This document shows positions 53,688 through 64,000 of a stretch of DNA of 64,000 nt, piece after piece. The DNA is from Octopus sinensis (taxonomy: Eukaryota), in assembly GCF_006345805.1 (NCBI RefSeq), contig NC_043002.1:97588001-97652000 (forward strand), given 5' to 3'. A program made the translations under genes and the position numbers. Under the pieces are notes generated by a model. That model searched no databases. It was not told the origin of the DNA and saw only the letters and a program-made list of their open reading frames with translations. Position 1 is the first letter of the stretch; the number at the start of each line of letters is the position of its first letter.

Positions 53688-53693
<6 letters not shown>
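51520..53693 (-). mobile_element. Old mariner relic interrupted by SINE A (52170-53135)
   Basis: TIR-like CGAGGGCAATCTGAAAAGTTCATGGGCTGAC; MGKNWFRGVIK start near 53512; FHQDNAPVHKS near 51800-51830. Confidence 0.75.
52345..52880 (+). mobile_element. Putative Penelope-type pLTR inserted in the (TA)n of SINE A
   Basis: Splits SINE A; contains TTGAA-GAGC-GTAG-GCTC-GAAACGT hammerhead-like motif at 52750-52775. Confidence 0.5.
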
Positions 53694-53761
<68 letters not shown>

Positions 53762-54253
53762 CGTGTGTGGTGTGTGTGTGTGTGTGTGTGGTGTGTGTGT
53801 GTGTGTGTACGACGACCAGCTTTTTTCAGTTTCCGTCTATCAAATCCACTTTGGCCGATCCAAGGCGATAGTAAGAGCGACTTGCACTTGCCTAAGGTGT
53901 CACGTAGCGAGACTGAACCCGGAACCTTGTGCCTAAGAAGCCACGCCTGCGCCTACAAGTGAACGACAATTACACAATGCCTCTTTTTTCAAATTGAAAC
54001 CACAAAGCTCCACAGCCCGGAAAAGTTACTGCAGTCTCTGAATTTCGTTGGGCTTTTCATCCCAATTTAAGTTGGTCAAATCTAATTAACCTTCCCTGTA
54101 TTTTTAATGATGATTTTTTTACGTTGGTATTTTTTATTTATATTTAATTTAAAATAACAGTCTATGTTTAGGTAACAGAGAAGCAATTAGAAAGTTGATA
54201 TTAATAATTTATAATACACAACAGCCTGAAGTAGATAAATTTAATTTATCTAC

Positions 54254-54293
<40 letters not shown>

Positions 54294-55079
54294 GACGCAC
54301 GCAAACAGCAACAAGCAAAATGACTCCCCACGTAATAGTTAGATACGTATTTGTTTAATGTATTTCTCGTCTTAATTTACTGTATGTATGCACATACACG
54401 TATACACATACGAATTTATTTGTTCCTACTCTGCGCCAGCTTGTTAAAATTTGCTTCTCTATGGTAATTTTAGTGTCCGTGTAGATTGTTTATTGCCTTC
54501 ATATAACTAAATTGCTGTTTCATCTCTTCTATTTCTCTTTACCTTTCATTTATTTCGCCAAATGTCAAAGAACGTGAGGTGAACTGCTGACAATAAATAA
54601 AACAGTTGGCACTGGATTATGGCCAGATGGTCAAAGCATGGCATTGATTAAGTATTTGGTAATCGTCCGAATCAGTCATTGCGTCATTAAGAGTTTGTCA
54701 AGTAGACCCAATGGGAAATATTCGTAATGGTCATAAGTAAACACGTCATATTCTGCTTACATTTTACTTGTTAATATTTTGTTAAAAAGCAATGTTTATA
54801 CTCTTGATATTTCTATACATTCTGTCCTCATATATTACGGGTGTTTGGTTCAATGAAAAAAAAAAAACCTGTTAAATTAATCAGAGATAAATGAATAAAA
54901 GCAAGCGTAGGGCGACTAGGACTCATTCCGAGACTCCAGGTTGTCCCTCTGGCATCTAAATAGTAACTCCAAAAATATATTAAACACGCATAATGATATT
55001 GTTTCACAGTTGGAAGAAAAAGTAAGAGTAAAGTTTAATAACATATGATAAGCAAACGATAGTAATAATAATAATAATA

Positions 55080-55447
55080 ATAATCCTTTCTACTCTAGGC
55101 ACAAGGCCTGAAATTTGGTGGGAAGGGTAGGCAGCCGCAACAGGTACTTAATTTATCAACCCCGAAAGGATGAAAGGCAAAGTCGACCTCGGTGGAATTT
55201 GAACTCAGAACGTAAAGACAAACGAAAACCTGTTTCTTTATTACCCACAAGGGGCTAAACACAGAGGGGACAAACAAGGACAGACATAGGTATTAAGTCG
55301 ATTACATCGACCCCAGTGCGTAACTGATACTTAATTTATCGACCCCGAAAGGATTAAAGGCAAAGTCGACTCGGTGAAATTTGAACTCAGAACGTAACGA
55401 CGGGCGAAATACCGCTAAGCCTGCTAACGATTCTGCAAGCTCGCCAC
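55080..55447 (-). mobile_element. Composite SINE B (tail-2 and tail-1 pieces) within (TAA)n
   Basis: Two central domains; more SINE B pieces at 55997-56310. Confidence 0.85.
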
Positions 55448-55869
55448 CTAATAATAATAATAATAATAATAGTAATAATAATAACAATAATAATAATCTA
55501 TTTTCTCTGCTCTGGTGGTAGGTTGATGGGACAATTGCGTAAATCCGCTTTTAAAATACATACACAACACGGTGATGTAAATACAAGTCATAGTCCGTGA
55601 TACCTGGGTAGCTAAGCATTGTGGGTGATCGCTGTAGCACAGTTTTGCGGTCCAAGCAGAATCGTTGACTGATTGCCGGAACGTGTTATCACAGATCAGT
55701 CCGTGATAAGTGTGACATGGTTCGCAACTGAGCGTACCGTGTTCTCCCAGATCAGTGATGAATGAATCAGTGATAAACAAAGAAAGATATATTGTATATT
55801 TTCTCTGCTCCTGCCTTTCACTTCCCTCTTGTTTTTTCCTCTTATTCTTACTCTACCTCCCTCCCTCCT

Positions 55870-55903
<34 letters not shown>

Positions 55904-56678
55904 CTGCCTCCTTTTCCGCTCTTACTCTTTCTTTCATCACGCTCTTTTCTGACTTTTTTCTCTTTTTAATTTTTTGTTGTAATGTATTTTTAATTTAAGG
56001 CGGCGAGCTGGTAGCCGAGCTCAAATTCCGTCGAGGTCGACTTTGCCTTTCATCCTTTCGGGATTGATAAATTAAGTAGCAGTTGCATACTGGGTTCGAT
56101 CTAATCGACTGACACCCGCCCCAAAAATTGCAGGCCTTGTGCCTAGAGTACAAAAGAATATATTGTGTCTTGTAAGGTGGCGACCTGGCAGAAACGTTAG
56201 CACGCCGGGCGAAATGCTTAGCCCCTTGTTGGTAGTAAAGAAATTGGTATTTCGTCTGTCTTTACGTTCTGAGTTCAAATTCCGCCGTGGTCGACTTTAC
56301 CTTTCATCGGGATTTGACCATAAGCAAGAAAATAATGAATTACAAAATTTGTTTCAGAAACGATTTCGCTAAACGCAAGGCGGCATTAAAATAAAAGATG
56401 TATAATCACACGCATACATACAAATACACACACATACACAAACACGCATGCATACACACACGCGCGCACACATACTAACACAACATAATGCAAGCATACA
56501 TGCGCATACACTCAATACGCATATATATACAGATAAATGATACACTCCAGCTGCAAAGTTTCTTTTAGCCATTGTACTTGTCTTCCCCTGGTTCAAATTT
56601 TGAATTTATATATGTAATATAATGTAATGTGTGTGTGTGCTTGCATGTGTGTGTGTACATATACACAATAAAAATATC

Positions 56679-57103
56679 GGATCTTTTCGGTTTGAACGGC
56701 AGTTTTTAACATAATTTCAAGGTAACTAAAAAATTTTAAACTTCGTATACTGGTAGAATTTGTTTATAAAACATCTTTTTCTCTTTGCTTTATTGAGAAA
56801 ATTCTATAGTTTGTAAGATATTTGTTGTTGTTTTTTCTTCAATTTCTGCAATTTCAACCAATCACTGACGTCTATTGAGGTATAAAACATATTCTGTGCC
56901 GTATGAATATGCCCCCCGTTAAAGAAACAGATTGGGTTTATTTACATTTGTGAAGAAAAAAAGATACCCTCCCCCCACCCCTAACCATAACCCTAACCCT
57001 AAAACAGATTGAAATGCAATAGATCGATACTAAGGTCATTACTATGGTTGACAATTTCATATGACACCGCTAGAAAAAACTGCCGTTCAAACCGAAAAGA
57101 TCC
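56679..57103. mobile_element. MITE with 29-bp TIRs and 8-bp TSD (Merlin- or Mutator-like)
   Basis: TIR GGATCTTTTCGGTTTGAACGGCAGTTTTT; TSD AAAATATC at 56671-56678 and 57104-57111; internal (CCCTAA)n. Confidence 0.93.
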
Positions 57104-57469
57104 AAAATATCTTATCAAGAACAATGTTATCTTCATCAAATTCCATGTTTCAAACATGCCTCATACGTTGTTATATCTTCTGCTTAAAGTTATCAGCCAG
57201 CCGTTACCCAAAAGGCTCCGACGTAAAGTGAACATAATAAGCGTCTTCCACTGTCGTGTGTGTATATGTCTACTTTAATTACTCCCTGTCTGTATCCTTA
57301 ATTTTGCAACGGAATCTGGTCCTCGCCAACCGAGACCGACGTCTTGAACTTACGTTCACTAACAATATGCTGTATTAAATCCGAACGGAATAGAATACAT
57401 TTAACGAGATACCTCTTATTACATCACCTGACCAAACACTTTTGAACCGAGGGATGCACCACAACTAGC

Positions 57470-57504
<35 letters not shown>

Positions 57505-57955
57505 TATTCCTCCAGGTAATCGGCTTGAAATGTTAAGATATTAAGATAATTTTCTATTCATGAAACCGATGGTAGCCTTAATGCACAAATAAAAAATTTT
57601 ACCTACCAATGCTGTATTGAACACTCATTCTGATTGTTCCACATTTACGGTGACTGACCTTGTTTGACAAGACAGTCAGTCACCGGCTGACACGCGCTGA
57701 CGATACATCGAAGAGGCCAGGGAACAGAAGAAAGAAGAGGAAAGAAGACATGCACCCAACACCAGAGCTGAAGACTCCTCCGAAAGGGGGGCCCGCCACG
57801 TCAAAACGGTAGAGGAGTAGGGGCCGAAACCGGACGTGGTTCCTCCTGATGATGTCTTGAGCTAACTGAATCCTATAAAGGAGCTGTTGTGGTAGCAGAC
57901 CACGAAACACGGTTGTAATTCCTTCCTATACATACACTCGTATATATACGCAAAC

Positions 57956-58010
<55 letters not shown>

Positions 58011-58056
58011 CACACACATATATATATATATATATACACATATATATGTATGTATG

Positions 58057-58252
58057 TCTATTGTGTCTGGGGAGAGTCATTTTCTTTTTGTGCCTTATTA
58101 TGTAATACACTCACCGGTAAAATTTCCACGTTTTTCTTATTTTTATTGTTCTAAAATTTTCGTTGCGTCTTGCGACTCTCCCCAGACACAATAGAATATG
58201 CTTCAATGCACGAACTCATATAAAGAATCTTGCAAACCAAATCCTAAAACGA
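58057..58252. mobile_element. Inverted Penelope-like micro-insertion
   Basis: 22-bp inverted repeat 58057-58078 / 58174-58195; homologous to 13510-13645 and 23838-23940. Confidence 0.6.
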
Positions 58253-58261
58253 AATGTATGT

Positions 58262-58780
58262 ATGTCATTATTTAGTTTATTTCAAGATTTCTTGCCAATA
58301 GACAAAGAACCGGTTTCTAACCGAGATACAGGACTCCTTCAATAACAGGGTATTTTTCTATGTATGTATTTTTTAATGTATGTATGTATGTATGTATGTA
58401 TGTATGTATGTATGTATGTATGTATGTATGTATGTATGTATGTATGTATGTATGTATGTATGTATGTATGTATCTATCTATGTATGTATGCGTAGATTTG
58501 TATGTTTTATGTATGTATTTTCATGCATATTGTTGCTCATATATATTTAAATGACAAACTGGAAAGTTTTACAGATTTTTTACTGTTCCAGTGATAGATT
58601 GTATCTGTAGTCTTCAAATTAGCTTTCTCCTTTCTGGCTTTGAGAAACCTAATTTTGTTACATATACCAGGGTTCCACTAATTACAGGTATAAACCTGAT
58701 CTTGTAATCTGGATAGAGTAACTTCAGATTTTTCAATAGTTCAGTATAGGTGTTCTCTTTTTCACTGATCTTCAGCTTTG
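58262..58780 (-). mobile_element. 3' end of an RLE (R4/Dong-like) LINE in (CATA)n
   Basis: KISEKENTYTELLKNLKLLYPDYKIRFIPVISGTL..RLQIQSITGTVK, homologous to 9420-9670; tail also at 9790-9880. Confidence 0.8.
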
Positions 58781-59402
58781 TGTATGTATGTATGTATGTA
58801 TTTGAGACAGTGATAGATAGCTATGGAAATATATATATAAAAGAGCATTCTTATTGAAGAATAATCACGGTTGATATGTATGACGTATGTACGCATGTAT
58901 GAACATATGTATATATGTATATATGCTTGTATGAATGTGTGTATGTTTGTGTGTATGTGTATGCGTGTCTGTGTATAAAGGGTGACAATCCAGAAGTTTG
59001 TAGGTCAATGATTCTGTGGTTGCGATACTGAAGAAATGCTAAAAATTACTGTATCCATGTCTGTGTGGTCGTAATAGCAGGAAAAGGAGAAAAGTATATG
59101 ACTTCCACCACAACTGGTCTGAGTTACCTGATTTTTATCGAAATTTTCTTGAAAACAAAGCAAAACCTCCGCGGACTTCGAAAAGCATTTGAAAGAGGAA
59201 GAAAAAAAAACCTACGATGGGGAAAAGTTTCACATAATGTTTGTCTGCCACCGCCGCTTGACAATTGGTGCTGTTGTGTAAGCGTCTGCGTAAACTAGCG
59301 GTCAGACAAAAGATATCGCTAGCACGAGACTAAAACATTAGATACTAGGGTCTTATTGCTTGACTAAAATCCTTCAGGGTGGTGCCCAGCATGGCTGTTA
59401 TC

Positions 59403-59625
59403 CTATTTCTTTACTACCCACAAGGGACTAAACACAGAGAGGACAAACAAGGACAGACAAACGGATTAAGTCGATTATGTCGACCCCAGTGCGTAACTGG
59501 TACTTATTTAATCGACCCCGAAAGGGTGAAAGGCAAAGTCGACCTCGGCAGAATTTGAACTCAGAACGTAGCGGCAGACGAAATACCGCTAGGCATTTCG
59601 CCCGGCGCGCTGACGTTTCTGCCAC
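59403..59625 (-). mobile_element. SINE family B tail 1
   Basis: Homology to family B. Confidence 0.9.
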
Positions 59626-59884
59626 ACGTTGCAGTGTATAAAGAGCTTACGGCTGTGGTTTTGTTTCATTCTAAAAGATTGAGTTCTTCTGAGCAATATT
59701 GATCTTAATCGTTTGAACTGAATAATAAAACACTAAAATCACAAGTAAAGATACTTTATTGTGACATTTCTTTTATGGGGTGATTGGAAAGGCCAATCCA
59801 TGGTATTTCGATACAACATCGAAGTAGATCACCAAATTCACCTAAAATGTTAGAAAGTCAGTTGATCATATGAAACAGACAAAC

Positions 59885-61690
<1,806 letters not shown>

Positions 61691-62224
61691 ATCATAAAGT
61701 TTAAAAAATGGTGAACGGATTTGGCTTTGAGTTACAACTGTTAAATTTAGAGGTTTATGTTTTATAATTATATTTATGTTTAAACGGATGTTAGAAGTGA
61801 ACAAGGTTTGAACACAGATAACTAGAAATTCAGCATTTGTGAAGAGCAAACTTGAATATTCTTTGAAAATGAGATCTTTTTAGGATTTATATAGAATGAT
61901 ATTTTTGTGAGGCATCGGCCATAATATACCGAAATAATAATTTGGCGGTTGTCGTTTTTGAAATGACATTTAAATGCTACGGCTACTCTGATGGCAGTGG
62001 TCAGTTTGGCAAATGTTGAATGTCAGAGTTAATATTGTTCGCTTTTACTTGTCCTCACTGCAACATTCAATGACAAAACACAAGGCAATGCTTTCAAGGT
62101 ACTATCACAGTTTGTATTGAAGCATTTCTCGAATGCTACGCCTGTTGCAGTTGTGAACTACAATGACGCCGTTAATAATAGCAAACATAAACAGAAATAA
62201 CATCAACAGCAGCAGCAGCAGCAG

Positions 62225-62564
62225 TGGAGGCGCAATGGCCCAGTGGTTAGGGCAGTGAACTCGCGGTCGTAAGAATGCGGTTTCGAGTCCCAGACCGGGC
62301 ATTGTGAGTGTTTATTGAGCAAAAACACCTAAGCTCCACGAGGCTCCGGCGGGTGTGGTGGTGAACCCCGCTGTACTCTTTCGCCACAACTTTCTCTCGC
62401 TCTTTCTTCCTACCTTTGCCACAAATTAAAGGAACCATGGTGTATCCCACTATGGTGTGGTAAACTTTCAGACCCTAGTCTAGATTGCGAATCCTCTGTA
62501 CCCCAGGATGGTTCAGCTCTCCACCCGTTAAAAGCCACCGTTTACGGAATGAGGATAACAACGT
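62225..62564 (+). mobile_element. SINE family C tail 3
   Basis: Matches 2531-2857. Confidence 0.9.
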
Positions 62565-62691
62565 CACTTCATACTTGCAGAATGATCGCAGTTTACTTTC
62601 TCAGATTTTCGAGTAATCTTGAGTCAGTGTTCTGACCTTTAAACAAGATACATTAAAACTGATGCTCAACGTAAATTTTTCTGCTTTTAAC

Positions 62692-62902
62692 TTTTCTACT
62701 CTAGGCACAAGGTCCGAAATTTGGTGGGAGGGAGCCAGTCGATTATATCGACCCGAGTGCGTAACTGGTACTTATTTAATCGACCCCGAAAGGATGAAAG
62801 GCAAAGTCGACCTCGGCGGAGTTTGAACTCAGAACGTAGCGGCAGACGAAATACCGCTAGGCATTTCGCTCGGCGTGCTAACGCTTCTGCCAGCTCGCCG
62901 CC
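62692..62902 (-). mobile_element. SINE family B tail 2
   Basis: Homology to family B. Confidence 0.92.
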
Positions 62903-63022
62903 TTTTTTTCTGGTTTTAACACTTCTAAAACAATTGTGAGTATTGCTTGGATACCGTAAATTTTTTCATGATGAAACTATAACAATTAATAAACGCTGCT
63001 GTTTATAGTATATTTGATATAA

Positions 63023-63187
63023 TGCAGGTGTGGCTGTGTAAGTTAAGAAGCTTGCTTCCAACCATGTGGTCCTGTGTTCAGTCCTAGTGCGTGGCATCTT
63101 GGGCAAATGTAAGTGGATTTGGTAGACGGAACCTGAAAGTGGCCCATCGTATATTTGTGTGTGTGTGAGTGTGTGTGTGTGTATGTG

Positions 63188-63230
<43 letters not shown>

Positions 63231-63425
63231 TGTGTTCCCCACCATCGCTTGACTGTAAGCCGTAGTTTGTTTATGTTCCATAACTTAGTGGTTCGGCAAA
63301 AGTAAAAGATAAAATACGTAAAAGGCTTTAAGAAAATATGCCCTAAGGTCAATTTCTTCAGCTAAGCCCTTCAAGGCGGTGCTCCAGTATGACCGCGGCC
63401 TAATGACAGAAGCAAATAAAAGGAG
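63023..63425 (+). mobile_element. SINE family A, degenerate
   Basis: Homology to family A. Confidence 0.8.
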
Positions 63426-63557
63426 ATAAAAGCAGATGCAACTTCCGAATCAATAGCATTACGTTTCATCGATGGAGATCAATGAAAATAAAGATAATAG
63501 CGAAGATGATTTTATGCTCAAACAGTTTTAAACTGGGTTTGATGTGAATGTTGGATT

Positions 63558-63886
63558 GGAAGCACTCCGTCGGTTACGACGACGAGGGTTCCGGACTCGC
63601 GGTCGTAGGATCGTGGTTTCGATTCCCAGACCGGGCGTTGTGAGTGTTTATTGAGCGAAAACACCTAAAGCTCCGCGAGGCTCCGGCAGGGGATGGTGGT
63701 GATCCCTGCTGTACTCTTTCACCACAACTTTCTCTCACTCTTACTTCCTGTTTCTGTTGTACCTGTATTTCAAAGGGCCGGCCTTGTCACTCTCTGTGTC
63801 ACGCTGAATATCCCCGAGAACTGTGTTAAGGGTGCACGTGTCTGTGGAGTGCTCAGCCAGTTACACGTAACCGACGGAGTGCTTCC
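63558..63886 (+). mobile_element. SINE family C tail 1 with an inverted copy of its own 3' end at the 5' junction
   Basis: 21-bp perfect terminal inverted repeat GGAAGCACTCCGTCGGTTACG. Confidence 0.88.
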
Positions 63887-64000
63887 CTATTAGCCAATCG
63901 TAGCCAATAGATGTTCTATTCCCTTCTATTCCCGTGGTAGCCCACGTCTCACTTGCGTATAACAGCGCTGGTAGGACGGTGCTATTTGAAGATATAGGGG

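Overview
Eukaryotic, AT-rich, microsatellite-laden intergenic or intronic DNA; the repeat content looks like an Octopus/cephalopod genome (inference). No intact host protein-coding gene can be supported, and most of the supplied ORFs are translated microsatellites or SINEs. The window is a layered set of mobile elements: four modular tRNA-derived SINE heads with swapped 3' tails, six mariner relics (one a fold-back derivative), a Tigger/pogo relic, RTE, Tx1/L1-like, CR1/Jockey-like and R4/Dong-like LINE fragments, four non-autonomous Helitrons, a Helentron-associated element (HINE), a MITE with telomere-like repeats, a TRIM-like mini LTR element and several Penelope-related pieces. The most striking signal is a set of non-coding, hammerhead-ribozyme-bearing insertions in (TA)n/(TAA)n tracts. 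The best is a terminally redundant 480-bp unit at 46174-46703 with a near-canonical type I hammerhead (candidate retrozyme). Several short 'double-tailed' inverted insertions also occur. All calls come from reading the sequence by eye; no searches or folding computations were run.
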